The notes: a model not told the origin generated them from the sequence alone. Shown: positions 22,438-32,595, counted from the stretch's first letter. The stretch: 64,000 nt of DNA from Acidobacteriota bacterium (GCA_963664705.1 OY761556.1:3040001-3104000); one strand, 5' to 3'. Made by a program: numbers and translations.

Positions 22438-22776
22438 TCACTTAAAGCTTTCAACCGCGGCATTCTCGTTTTCGAAAACGTCAAAAACAGTTAAGAGCTT
22501 CGTGATTGTAAGCAGCTGATGCACTTTTTTGTTCAGGTTCAGGAGTTTCAATTTCCCACCCTGATTCGAAACGCTTGTGTATGCCGCGACCAATTCACCG
22601 ACACCCGAACTATCAATGTAGTTCACATCGGCAAGGTTCATTATGATTTTTTTGGAACCGCTATTTACGATATCCCGCACTTTGGTGCGAATAGCGGAAG
22701 TCCCTTCACCCAGGGTTATTTTCCCGCTCCAGTCGATGATGTTCACGTCACCCACAGTTCGCAGTGCCACGCTCAT
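22438..22776 (-). CDS. STAS-domain anti-sigma factor antagonist
   Basis: VNYIDSSGVGELV phosphoserine motif. Confidence 0.92.
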   Translation of the reverse strand: MSVALRTVGDVNIIDWSGKITLGEGTSAIRTKVRDIVNSGSKKIIMNLADVNYIDSSGVGELVAAYTSVSNQGGKLKLLNLNKKVHQLLTITKLLTVFDVFENENAAVESFK

Positions 22777-23083
22777 ATGATCTCCTCAGATACTGAGTTC
22801 AAATCAGATCGGCTCCTTTGACAGGGGAGCACTGGACTATTTGTATATATATAGGATTGGATGCAGCCGTATGCAAAAACGGCTGCTAAAAATCTGGCGG
22901 GCTGCCCTGCTGGAATCTCTCCATAGCGGGAATCCGCATGCCCATATTCCTGTCCATCGAACAAATCCACCGATTGGTCAAAATCGCTAAACGATCTTCG
23001 TCCCTGGACAGGAATCTATGAACATCGATTGCAGGGGTAATCCCTAATCCCAAATGATTGGGGCAAAGCACCAAGACATTGGA

Positions 23084-24226
23084 TTACCCTGCTATTTTGT
23101 GAACAGCTTTGGCGATGACAGGGATCGCGCGGTCAATCTCTTGATGCGTGGTGTGCCTGCCAACTGAGAAACGAATGGTTCCCATTGCCCACTCCTTCGG
23201 TACCTGCATTGCAGTCAGCACGGCCGAAATTGTTACACCATCAGCATGGCATGCGGCGCCCGCGGACGCAGCGACCTGCTCGCCGATCTCCGAAAGCAAA
23301 GTGGTTGCTTCAATGTTGCGAAAACTCAGGCTGAGTGTGTTTGGCAACCGACGTTCTGGATGGCCATTCAATTGGACGAGGCCATCTCCAAGCTCACGCC
23401 GGAGACCTTCATGCAAACGGTCCCGCATGAACCTGAAATGAACTATATTCCCGTCTAAATCCCTTTGCGCTATTTTGCAGGCATGTCCAAGGCCGACAAT
23501 CTCCAAAACATTTTCCGTCCCAGGCCGCCTTCCGCTTTCATGGTTGGCTCCATGAAGCAATTTTTCCAAACGAACTCCATCCCTGATAAACAATGCACCA
23601 ATGCCCTTCGGCGCATAAACCTTGTGGCCTGCAACCGTCAACAGGTCAACTCCCAATTTATCGACCTCAACAGAAACCTTGCCGATCGATTGCGCAGCGT
23701 CGGTGTGAAATAGTGCTCGGTGCTGATGCGCAATGGTGCAAAGCTCTGCAATGGGCTGTATAGTCCCGACCTCATTGTTAGCGTGCATTACGCTCACCAA
23801 TGCAGTGTCCGCAGTAATCACTCTTTTCAGCTCGGCAGGATCCACCAGTCCGTGCCGATCCACGGGCAAAACAACCAGCCGGAACCCGTGCTGCTCCAAC
23901 CACCAGCAGACTTCCATAACCGCCGGGTGTTCGATCGACGAAGTGATGATCTGCCTCTTCTCATTCTGGTATGCCCACGCCACGCCCTTTATCGCGGCAT
24001 TATTGCTTTCTGTTCCTCCGCTGGTGAACACCAAATTATGCGCCTCACAAGCCAGGAGGTCCGCAACCTGGCTTCGCGCATTTTCGACCGCTTTTTTTGC
24101 AATAGAGCCGAAGGAATGAGCGCTGGAAGGATTTCCAAAATGCTCCAATAAATAAGGCGCCATTGCATCAGCTACTTCTCGGTCAATGGGCGTGGTTGCG
24201 TTGTAATCAAGATAGATAGGTTTCAT
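23084..24226 (-). CDS. NifS/IscS-family PLP enzyme (cysteine desulfurase or selenocysteine lyase)
   Basis: IYLDYNATTP, FTSGGTESNN, HTDAAQ, AGHK (PLP Lys), SAGAACH (catalytic Cys). Confidence 0.92.
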   Translation of the reverse strand: MKPIYLDYNATTPIDREVADAMAPYLLEHFGNPSSAHSFGSIAKKAVENARSQVADLLACEAHNLVFTSGGTESNNAAIKGVAWAYQNEKRQIITSSIEHPAVMEVCWWLEQHGFRLVVLPVDRHGLVDPAELKRVITADTALVSVMHANNEVGTIQPIAELCTIAHQHRALFHTDAAQSIGKVSVEVDKLGVDLLTVAGHKVYAPKGIGALFIRDGVRLEKLLHGANHESGRRPGTENVLEIVGLGHACKIAQRDLDGNIVHFRFMRDRLHEGLRRELGDGLVQLNGHPERRLPNTLSLSFRNIEATTLLSEIGEQVAASAGAACHADGVTISAVLTAMQVPKEWAMGTIRFSVGRHTTHQEIDRAIPVIAKAVHKIAG

Positions 24227-24250
24227 TTCATCCTCATGCAGCCATTCTCA

Positions 24251-24883
24251 TTACTTAGGATCAGAACGCTTAGATGCAATCTCTGCGGCCATTTGCAGGT
24301 GGCGCTCCAAAATAGCAGTTGTCCCACCGGTTGTCTCGAGTGTCAAGTTGAAGATCCGGCAAAACTCACCGGCTCGTTCAAGAAACTGCTGATTCCCGTT
24401 CACACCTGTATCGATAAAGAGGCCTCGTCTGTAGTGCACAAAAAGTCTTTTTGCCATTTCCAGAGGATCTTTGCCATATTTTATCACGCGGTCAGCTTTG
24501 AGATTCTTGATTACGAGCTCCGGGCCGGCATCCGCCCAACCCGGAGTCATGAACCATGTTCCAACCTCCTTGCGGATTTCGCTTGTGTATTTTTCCGGGG
24601 TCATCAGGATCTGGATACAGTCATCCATCTGAGGCATCACAATGGGAATATCAAATTCGGCCTCAATTCCCTTGAGTGACTGGCAGTACCCATACCCCAG
24701 GAATATTACATCCACTCTGTCCTTTATAGAATCGATCTGCTCGCGAATGGCCTCTTTCATTCGTTTCGGATAGCAATGAAGGGCTACTTCAAGATAGATG
24801 ACCTCGCAGATTCCCTGCTTAGACTGCAGAATCCTGTCCAGCTCGAGTTTCATTATGTTGCAGGCAATGACACCGATTTTCAC
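24251..24883 (-). CDS. DUF1638-like protein (corrinoid methyltransferase associated)
   Basis: IAC, LHxxP, LGYGYC, DDCI and WFMTPGW motifs; AAGGA SD. Confidence 0.8.
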   Translation of the reverse strand: MKIGVIACNIMKLELDRILQSKQGICEVIYLEVALHCYPKRMKEAIREQIDSIKDRVDVIFLGYGYCQSLKGIEAEFDIPIVMPQMDDCIQILMTPEKYTSEIRKEVGTWFMTPGWADAGPELVIKNLKADRVIKYGKDPLEMAKRLFVHYRRGLFIDTGVNGNQQFLERAGEFCRIFNLTLETTGGTTAILERHLQMAAEIASKRSDPK

Positions 24884-24896
24884 TGCATCGTCCTTT

Positions 24897-26849
24897 CTAG
24901 ACACGGGGCTGACCAATTGCGAGGGCAACGACTTTTATTTCCATTAATACCGCTTTCCCCCATCCTCCACTGAGCGGTGCCGTCACCTCTTCCATTGTAA
25001 CCGTCAGATGAATGTCTCCTGCTCCAAGCTCCGCAGCCTGCGACTGCGCCATGGTTTGTGCCTTCGCCTTTGCAAAATCCGTAGCTTCCTTAACACTCTG
25101 GAATATTTTCTCCTCTTCGCACGGAACCACGGAATAACCAGATGGCCTGACAGGACGAACCAGGATCAGCGCAGAAGCCACAACTCTGCCGGTAACGGCC
25201 CCGATCGCATTGGCGACATCGGCATTTTCAGGAATTATCAGTTCTGCACCCAGGTGCTCGGCTACATGTGGGAAATAGGCCCTCACCGGTGCACCCACCG
25301 CGATAAGAGGCTTCTTCAACATAAAACGTGCTGATATTCGAGCCTGCGCATCAAGGCGCAGAATGCGTGCAAGCAATTCCTCGGCTTCCGGCGCATGCGC
25401 AGGAATTCCCTCATGGACCAAACAGGTGGAGGTAATCGTCAGCTCCAGCTTCTGCAAAATCTCTTCAAAGACGCGTTGCAGCAGCGCGGATCGATCCAGA
25501 CCTGTCTTCCTTTGGTAATAATTCGCGGCCATGCCGGCCGCATCCTTATCCCACAGGGCCAACGATCCCATGCAATGCAGCAGATCGGATGGCGTGAAAC
25601 ATATTTCTCCCACATACCCCAGATTAGACAAACGATCCAGATCCACCCATGGGCCTGCAATCTGGTCTATCTCATTGCGGTGCAGGACCGTCCCGCGGAG
25701 CGCGCCAAGGACTTGCCTCTCCTGCTTTTCCAGCCAGGGTGGAGGCTCCTTTGTCAGCGTGAAAAAACTCAAATCAAAATCAGTATGCCGAACCCCTTCG
25801 GTCTCGGTCAGCTTTCCGATCTTTTCCTCAAGACTTGAAAATAAGGTCGCTGCATGCGAAATCGGTTCTACCCGACGGGGCCCGATCTGAACGGATCCCT
25901 GAGAGTCGATCGAAATTTTGCTGTCGCCGCCGAGCCCGATTGTCCACATTTTTATGGATCGGATTCGCGTCTGCCAGCCTCCGACAATGGCTCCATCTTC
26001 AACAACGCTTGGCATAGATCCGGCGAGGACGCCAATGTCCGTGGTAGTGCCGCCCATATCGACAACCAGTGCATCATTCAATCCGGTCAGCCAACCTGCC
26101 CCGATCATACTCGCGGCAGGCCCGGACAAAATGGTTTCGACGGGCCTGCTTCTTGCAGCCTTTTCACTGATGAGCGATCCATCTCCCCGCACTACCATGA
26201 TTGGAGCACGAATGCCCTTTTCGACCAGTGATTGCGTCAGCGAATGAAGCAGGTCTCCGATAACAGGAAGAAGCCGCGCATTGAATGCCGCGGTAACGGC
26301 ACGTTCCAGCATTCCTACCGCGCCCGTAAGTTCATGCCCGCAGACGACCGGATGCCTGCAAATATGTTCAATACTCTCTTTGAGCACCAGTTCATGCTGA
26401 GGATTGTAGATGCTGAAATAGCCCGACAAGGCGAATGCATCTACCCGATCCTTCATTTCGAGGATGGTTTTCGTTCCCTCCCCGATATCGAGAGGTATGG
26501 TCTCATTGCCCGATCTGGCATGTGCCCCGCGAATCACTGCGATTTCATCCGCCGGGATACGATCTGGAATCCGGAATGTTGCCGGGTCAGGCACCGCCAT
26601 GATCAAACCAACGCGCTGTCCCTTTCCTTCTACAATGCTGTTGGTAGCCAACGTGGTCGAGAGAGCAACCAGCTGTATCTCGGGAAATAATCGCGCATCC
26701 AGTCCCGCCAAAGACTTCAGAATCCCTATCTTCAAGTCTTGCCTAGTTGTCAGGGCTTTGGATTTAGAAATGACCTGGTGCGCGTTAAAATCGACAATAA
26801 CGCTGTCGGTGAACGTTCCTCCAGTGTCGATGCCTATCCCGTATCTCAT
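24897..26849 (-). CDS. hydantoinase/oxoprolinase family ATPase (ASKHA fold)
   Basis: GIDTGGTFTD, STTLATN, ETILSGPAAS, DMGGTTTD. Confidence 0.9.
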   Translation of the reverse strand: MRYGIGIDTGGTFTDSVIVDFNAHQVISKSKALTTRQDLKIGILKSLAGLDARLFPEIQLVALSTTLATNSIVEGKGQRVGLIMAVPDPATFRIPDRIPADEIAVIRGAHARSGNETIPLDIGEGTKTILEMKDRVDAFALSGYFSIYNPQHELVLKESIEHICRHPVVCGHELTGAVGMLERAVTAAFNARLLPVIGDLLHSLTQSLVEKGIRAPIMVVRGDGSLISEKAARSRPVETILSGPAASMIGAGWLTGLNDALVVDMGGTTTDIGVLAGSMPSVVEDGAIVGGWQTRIRSIKMWTIGLGGDSKISIDSQGSVQIGPRRVEPISHAATLFSSLEEKIGKLTETEGVRHTDFDLSFFTLTKEPPPWLEKQERQVLGALRGTVLHRNEIDQIAGPWVDLDRLSNLGYVGEICFTPSDLLHCMGSLALWDKDAAGMAANYYQRKTGLDRSALLQRVFEEILQKLELTITSTCLVHEGIPAHAPEAEELLARILRLDAQARISARFMLKKPLIAVGAPVRAYFPHVAEHLGAELIIPENADVANAIGAVTGRVVASALILVRPVRPSGYSVVPCEEEKIFQSVKEATDFAKAKAQTMAQSQAAELGAGDIHLTVTMEEVTAPLSGGWGKAVLMEIKVVALAIGQPRV

Positions 26850-28672
26850 TGTGTCGTACCTGGAAAAGAAAGCGATTGAGCAAAAAGTCGGTCAAAGCCC
26901 GGATAGCAAGAGAGCTCGATGTAGCGAACCCGGCGTGCTATCGCTTCCGCCTCCACGCGCTCCTCCTGAGACAGAAGACACAATGCAGCTCCTGATTTTG
27001 ATGTATTGCCGACAAACGCTAATCGATCGGTTAATGCGTGCGGCAGAATACCAATGCGGACAAAGTTGTCGGCCCGGATATGACACCCAAAAGCGCCCGC
27101 GATATATACGCGATCCACTTCGGAGAGATCGAGATTCAGGTATTTGATTAACGCCACAATTCCGGAAAGAACAGCCCCTTTGGCCAATTGTACCTGACGA
27201 ATATCTTTTTGTGTCAACCTAACGGTATCCATCCCATTGCGGCCAAAGCTCAAAACAAAACTGACCCGTCCATCATTCTCTTGGAACCGTTCCGCCAGGC
27301 CTTCGCCACCTATTTTCTCAAATCTACCTGATTGGTTGAGAATGCCGGCATTGAGCATCTCTGCAATCGCATCGATAATGCCGCTCCCGCAGATTCCACT
27401 CGCAGGCTTTGCGCCGATTGTCCTGATGCCTACATCGTCTGCAATCGAAACCTGGTCAATGGCTCCTTCCGCAGCTCTCATCCCGCAACTGATATTCATT
27501 CCTTCGAGTGCGGGACCGGCAGCGCAGGAGCACGCGACGAATTCGCGGCCCGAACAGAATACAATTTCACCATTCGTCCCGATATCGATCAGGAGCGCAC
27601 GCTCATTTTTTTTGGCCAGTTCCGTGGTAAGAATACCGGCCACAATGTCGGCACCGACATAAGCCGAAACAGAAGGCAAACAATACACCTCGCCGAGTGG
27701 AGAAATTTCCAGCCCCACATCGCAGGCACGGAGACTCTGCCCGCCAGTGAAAACCGGAACATAGGGCGAACAGCCAATTCCTGCGGGATCAATCCCGAGC
27801 AGAAGATGCATCATTGTTGAGTTTGCAGCGACGACTACTTCGTAGATGCTCTCCCGGCCGATGCCTGCTTCATCGCATCCTTCGGCAATCAATCCATTAA
27901 TTCCCTGAACGATTGCATGCTGAAGATCCTGAAGCCCTTGATCCGCGTTGCGCGCGTGCTGAATCCGGCTGAGAACGTCCAGCCCGAAAGACTTTTGCGG
28001 ATTGAGGCAAGATCGGATAGCCATTTCCCGGCCGGTGGAAAGATTAAAGAGAGATGCCACAACCGTTGTTGTCCCAATATCCACCGCAACCCCAAAGTTG
28101 GAATCAACTGTATTGCCCGGCTCAATGTCTAACAGAACTCCGTTCGACACTGCGAGGGTAATCTTGTATTCCGAATCACGCAAAATCGATGGCAGCTTAC
28201 GCATTAGCGAAAGCGCAATACGCTGAAGTTTTAACCCCGATGCCTGCTCGATTCGGAAGAGGTCATCTGACGCTTCTTCCAGAGAAGGCGGTGCCATCTC
28301 GACATATAATTTTTGAAGAGAAGGATTCAACATAAACTGCGGCATCAGGCCATCGGAAAGAATCCTGTTCTCCAGTTCCCCCTTTTTGACTATTTCGAAT
28401 GCCGAGTTTCCATGAGCGCTCACCCGGCAAGCAAGACGAATGCCTTGAGCAAGACTCTCTTGATTCAGCAAGCGTGCTTCATCGGGGTGCGGTTCCTCGA
28501 CAATGCCCTCCAGGTGGCGCACAAGGCACTTGCCACAGGTCCCCAAGCCATTGCAGTTTGAATCCATTTCGACAGCAGCTTCCCGTGCCACATCGAGAAT
28601 GCTAGCGCCTTTGGCGGCGCGTACAGTTATGTTATGCGGCAATAAACGCACTTCGATTTCATCTATATGCAT
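26846..28672 (-). CDS. ATP-dependent reductive activator of corrinoid proteins (RACE/RACo-like; N-terminal 2Fe-2S, ASKHA)
   Basis: CNGLGTCGKC...RLAC 2Fe-2S motif, VDIGTTTV, DIGTNGE, GICGSG. Confidence 0.92.
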   Translation of the reverse strand: MHIDEIEVRLLPHNITVRAAKGASILDVAREAAVEMDSNCNGLGTCGKCLVRHLEGIVEEPHPDEARLLNQESLAQGIRLACRVSAHGNSAFEIVKKGELENRILSDGLMPQFMLNPSLQKLYVEMAPPSLEEASDDLFRIEQASGLKLQRIALSLMRKLPSILRDSEYKITLAVSNGVLLDIEPGNTVDSNFGVAVDIGTTTVVASLFNLSTGREMAIRSCLNPQKSFGLDVLSRIQHARNADQGLQDLQHAIVQGINGLIAEGCDEAGIGRESIYEVVVAANSTMMHLLLGIDPAGIGCSPYVPVFTGGQSLRACDVGLEISPLGEVYCLPSVSAYVGADIVAGILTTELAKKNERALLIDIGTNGEIVFCSGREFVACSCAAGPALEGMNISCGMRAAEGAIDQVSIADDVGIRTIGAKPASGICGSGIIDAIAEMLNAGILNQSGRFEKIGGEGLAERFQENDGRVSFVLSFGRNGMDTVRLTQKDIRQVQLAKGAVLSGIVALIKYLNLDLSEVDRVYIAGAFGCHIRADNFVRIGILPHALTDRLAFVGNTSKSGAALCLLSQEERVEAEAIARRVRYIELSCYPGFDRLFAQSLSFPGTTQ

Positions 28673-29682
28673 CAGCCTGTCACTACCTTTGAAAGGCTTT
28701 TAATATTTGCAGCCGGCGTTTTTGTGCTCATGCCACAGGCCGGCGCAAGGATATCCGCACCTGATTTCATGCATCGCCGACCATTAACGTAAACTCGGTC
28801 TGGTTGACCATGGGACAGCAGATAGGTATTTATATTCCCAGTCACGACTTTTGAAGGAGCAAGATCTCGAAGGCGCCTCAGGTTCACGACCGCATCCACA
28901 CTTAAGGATTCCGTATCGATTTCTTCCAGTGCGGTACCCAGGCTATGCACCTTCCCGCAGATATGAACAATGGAGGGAATCCCATACTTTCTGCGAAAAT
29001 GCCCGAGCAGTTGGTTGATATACGGAAGGGCAAACTCCGAAAAGGATTTCTTCCCGATTAGTTCCCCTGAGGCGGAGGGATCGGCAATACATACAAGGTC
29101 CGCTCCGGCCTCTATCAGGGCATCTCCGAATATTTTCAAGTTATCCACGACTATTTTCATCAATGCATGCGCGGCTTCTTTGTTATTAACCAGCGATCTG
29201 TAAAATATAAGAGGCTCGATCAATGACGTTGCCAGGCTGATAGGCCCGGTCAAATTGGCAAACACTGGGAGGCCGGGAGTCTGCGCGTGGAGCAGCCTCA
29301 CCGCCTCAACGCAGACCTTGGCTCGCCCACTTAGCGGATCCAGGTTTTGCAAGCGACCAGTGTCCGCAACACTCTCCATTGGATAGACGGCAACACTTGG
29401 TTCATGCTCCAACGAACCAAGATCTATGCGGGCGCCCATCGCTTCCGCTTCCACGGTCATACAGAATGGCACTCCGACATTTTCAACTCCCGCCCGCCTG
29501 CTCGTCTCAAGTGTCAACAGAGCCATAGCTTGCGGATTAACATGTGCTTCCGGCCATCGACATTGGGAGTCTTCCATTATCTCGGTTACCGCCATGTTCA
29601 TCATGCCGCCAGGGCAAATAAACGGAGGACGATCATATTCCTTTTTTTGCAATACATTCAAAAGTCTGGCTTTGGGATCCAT
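28672..29682 (-). CDS. MtaA/CmuA-like methylcobamide methyltransferase (UroD fold)
   Basis: PFCMTVEAEAMG, VHICG Zn motif, ILAPACG. Confidence 0.9.
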   Translation of the reverse strand: MDPKARLLNVLQKKEYDRPPFICPGGMMNMAVTEIMEDSQCRWPEAHVNPQAMALLTLETSRRAGVENVGVPFCMTVEAEAMGARIDLGSLEHEPSVAVYPMESVADTGRLQNLDPLSGRAKVCVEAVRLLHAQTPGLPVFANLTGPISLATSLIEPLIFYRSLVNNKEAAHALMKIVVDNLKIFGDALIEAGADLVCIADPSASGELIGKKSFSEFALPYINQLLGHFRRKYGIPSIVHICGKVHSLGTALEEIDTESLSVDAVVNLRRLRDLAPSKVVTGNINTYLLSHGQPDRVYVNGRRCMKSGADILAPACGMSTKTPAANIKSLSKVVTG

Positions 29683-29697
29683 GAATATCCTTCAACA

Positions 29698-29724
29698 GAG
29701 GAGCGCAAAAGCTTTGCGCTCCTC
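29698..29724 (-). terminator. strong intra-operon hairpin (mRNA stabiliser or partial terminator)
   Basis: GAGGAGCGCAAA-N3-TTTGCGCTCCTC, perfect 12-bp stem; only a weak U tract. Confidence 0.55.
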
Positions 29725-29734
29725 CTGAAACACC

Positions 29735-30613
29735 TTAGAAGCCGTAGGAAATCTGCAGACCGATCCTGGAACGAGCCTGCAGATCAATTCCGGGTGCTAT
29801 CTTCCCGGCAATTTGCGCTACACCGAAATCGAGATTGAGTTTGGAATCTCCTATAGGGGTCAATCGCATGGCATAGGTGATTGTGGTCGGAATAACGGCA
29901 TTCGGGAGCAGATCCGCGTGCGCCGGTTGCTGAGCCAGTTCCATTCCAAAGATTGCGGATGCACCTTTCGGAAGCTTTACCACAAATCCAGCAGCACCGA
30001 ACGCTCTGGCGGTCCACTCCGAAGCATTCCCTCCCATGCCCCACAATTCGGAATTCGTGCTTCGCACTCCTCCGCTCAAAATAATCGGGATATGGGTTTG
30101 TGTGATGGTTTTACTGGCGACAAAGTAAATGTCGCCGTTCGTGGTGTCCTTCTTTTGCATTGCGCCACCCACATTTTGAACCTGGCTACGGGCAATGAAG
30201 CCCACGGACATGGCAGGAACCCATTTTGTGTTAACGGCGTTCTCAGAAACCAAATTCAACTTGCCATGCACAATGTTGAATCCATTGTTCCAGAGCGGAC
30301 TGAAGTTGGCATCTCCACCGGCGGTATGAAGTGCACGCGTGTATCCAAATTCTATGCGTGAAAACGCTCCAACTGTTCCTGAAACATTATAGAAGTCGCC
30401 AAGGACACCACCGCCGTTCAGATAGTGGTAGGCAACAAGCGGATGGCCCAGGCCGGTTTTAGGAGATTGGGCCGTATATGCCAGAGGCGTTACAAATATT
30501 CCAGTCTCTCCTTCCCACCCGATGTTCTGAGCCTTCGCACAAAAATTACATAGGAAGCTCATTGTGATGATCAGCAAGACCGGTATTTTTCTATTCATAA
30601 GATACTTCTCCAC
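29735..30613 (-). CDS. exported beta-barrel outer-membrane protein (DUF3034-like)
   Basis: signal peptide (AKA/Q), EGETGIFVTPLA, amphipathic strands, C-terminal LQISYGF beta-signal. Confidence 0.7.
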   Translation of the reverse strand: MEKYLMNRKIPVLLIITMSFLCNFCAKAQNIGWEGETGIFVTPLAYTAQSPKTGLGHPLVAYHYLNGGGVLGDFYNVSGTVGAFSRIEFGYTRALHTAGGDANFSPLWNNGFNIVHGKLNLVSENAVNTKWVPAMSVGFIARSQVQNVGGAMQKKDTTNGDIYFVASKTITQTHIPIILSGGVRSTNSELWGMGGNASEWTARAFGAAGFVVKLPKGASAIFGMELAQQPAHADLLPNAVIPTTITYAMRLTPIGDSKLNLDFGVAQIAGKIAPGIDLQARSRIGLQISYGF

Positions 30614-30636
30614 ATGAATTTAAGAACTCGAACCGT

Positions 30637-31695
30637 CTAGTTGTCGAATCTACCGTACTTGCGCGCCGCATTTACGAGAGCGTCGACGTTTTCGGGAGGT
30701 GTATTGAAAGGGATTTCGCAGCCGGACGCGAGAATAAAGCCGCGGCGATCTCCCATTTTTTCGCAGATGGTCTTTGCTTCGGCATCAATTTCCTCCGGCG
30801 TATTCTTCAACATATTTGCCGGAGTGACATTGCCGACAAGCACTACCCTATGGCCCGCTACCGCTTTTGCCTGTCCGAGATCGACATTATCGAGACTCCA
30901 CATATCAAACTCGGCTTCGAGCATTGCGTTCCAGTTAGCAGTGGTTTTGCCGCAGATGTGGAGGACCGCGGGCAAACCTCCACCGTTTTTATGCACATGA
31001 TCCGTAAGACGCTTGAGATAGGGAGCCACGAACTCCTTGAAGTGCACAGGGCTGATCAGGCTGGCCGAGGCAACCGGCTCGACGATGAGCGGCAGCGCTT
31101 TGCGCGCGAGAATCTCATCAATGAACTTGATGCCTGCCTGCGTGCAGATTTCCATAAGTTCATGAACCCATGCTTTGTTTTTAATCAAAGCCCGCGTAAG
31201 TTGGTCCACCGGATACAAAGCACCAGCGGTGGTCAGCGGGCCTGCGAATACAGTAGAAACGCACACCTCACTGCCAACTTCTTTGACCGCAAGTTCAGTC
31301 GCCTCGAGATACACCGGCAATCGCCCATCTTTATTGAAATCCGGAACCTTGACCCTTTTCAGATCCGATCTTTCTTTGATGAGCGGCTCGGAAATTTGCG
31401 GTGCATCCTCTTCAAAAAACTGCATCTTGGTTCCCATCGCCTCGCCGAGCGTAGAAGTCGTGGAGAAAATCAGGATCGCGTCGTTTCCGTATCGTCGGAA
31501 TGCAGCGACATGAGCCTTGGCCATTGTCTTTGCATCGCGGTTATATTTCCCGATCGGGACGCCCAGCACACGGGCCGCGTGGTTGAGCACCAGCGGAAAG
31601 CATGCAATCCGTTGCGGCTTTTCCCCCTTGAGGTAGCAGATGATTCTTTCCAATGAAGACTGGGTATCAGCCGGAATAGAACTGGTTGTGCTCAT
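30637..31695 (-). CDS. UroD-fold corrinoid methyltransferase, second paralog
   Basis: GEAMG, LHICG, FILASGCEIP. Confidence 0.9.
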   Translation of the reverse strand: MSTTSSIPADTQSSLERIICYLKGEKPQRIACFPLVLNHAARVLGVPIGKYNRDAKTMAKAHVAAFRRYGNDAILIFSTTSTLGEAMGTKMQFFEEDAPQISEPLIKERSDLKRVKVPDFNKDGRLPVYLEATELAVKEVGSEVCVSTVFAGPLTTAGALYPVDQLTRALIKNKAWVHELMEICTQAGIKFIDEILARKALPLIVEPVASASLISPVHFKEFVAPYLKRLTDHVHKNGGGLPAVLHICGKTTANWNAMLEAEFDMWSLDNVDLGQAKAVAGHRVVLVGNVTPANMLKNTPEEIDAEAKTICEKMGDRRGFILASGCEIPFNTPPENVDALVNAARKYGRFDN

Positions 31696-32369
31696 TTAGC
31701 CCTCCCCAGGTTTGAACTGTTTTTCGCCACAAGCTTCTTTGCAAGTTCGACCGCATTGGTTGCATTATCCGCATAACCGTCAGCGCCTATCTTTTTTGCA
31801 AAGCCCTGGGAAATTGGTCCTCCGCCTACCATCACCTGAAATGAATTCCGGATCCCTTCTTCCTTGAGCATCTCGATGACGGTTGCCATGCCGTCCATGG
31901 TTGTGGTCATAAGAGTGGACATGCATATCAGTTCTGCGTTGATTTCCTTTGCTTTCTCGACAAAATCGGCCAGTGGGACATTTCTGCCGAGATCATGCAT
32001 TTCAAATCCGGCGACATCCATCATGATTCTCACAAGATTTTTGCCTATGTCGTGTGTGTCGCCTTCCATGACACCGATAACCGCTTTGTGCTTTTCCACC
32101 GTCGAATCCATCTTAAGATGGGGTCGAAGTATCTCCAGACCTGCATACATGGCATCCGAACAGATCAGCAGTTCAGGTACAAAGTATTCTTCCTTCTCAT
32201 ACAGGACGCCTGCTTTATTCATGCCTGCAACCAGGCCGAGGTTGATGGCATCATAAGCGTCATATCCGGCCTCGACCACTTCTCTTGCAGCTTTCACCGC
32301 CAATTCCTCATCCATGAGGAACACTCCGTCCATGAGATCCTTAAATAGATCCCCTCTTTCTCTGGGCAT
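31692..32369 (-). CDS. corrinoid (B12-binding) protein, MttC/MtbC-like
   Basis: EGDTHDIGKNLV (DxHxxG), STLMTTTM, VMVGGGP. Confidence 0.95.
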   Translation of the reverse strand: MPRERGDLFKDLMDGVFLMDEELAVKAAREVVEAGYDAYDAINLGLVAGMNKAGVLYEKEEYFVPELLICSDAMYAGLEILRPHLKMDSTVEKHKAVIGVMEGDTHDIGKNLVRIMMDVAGFEMHDLGRNVPLADFVEKAKEINAELICMSTLMTTTMDGMATVIEMLKEEGIRNSFQVMVGGGPISQGFAKKIGADGYADNATNAVELAKKLVAKNSSNLGRAK

Positions 32370-32439
32370 GTTCGTACCTACCTTTAATGCAAATTATTTG
32401 ATTTATGGACCACGGCGCACCCGCAGGATGTGCCTATGC

Positions 32440-32481
32440 TCAGGTAAAGCCGGAGAAGGTATACAGATGGAAAGCGGTCAT
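32440..32481 (-). promoter_or_regulatory. leader peptide A, MTAFHLYTFSGFT-UGA (alternative ATG at 32493), upstream of the corrinoid operon
   Basis: one of four leader ORFs ending TTC TCC GGC TTT ACC TGA; conserved arm at 32411-32427; TATGCT -10-like hexamer 7 nt before the ATG. Confidence 0.75.
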
Positions 32482-32546
32482 ATTGAACAGCATAGCTTAT
32501 GGACTGAATCGTATAAGAACGACTACTCTGTAATTAATTATCGTTA

Positions 32547-32561
32547 ATGCTTGTTCCACAT
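32547..32561. promoter_or_regulatory. candidate LysR box, ATGC-N7-ACAT
   Basis: T-N11-A dyad with one mismatch to the ATGC-N7-GCAT box at 39196. Confidence 0.4.
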
Positions 32562-32595
32562 ACGGAGAAAGCCTTGCGTATAAAAATCCACGGTT

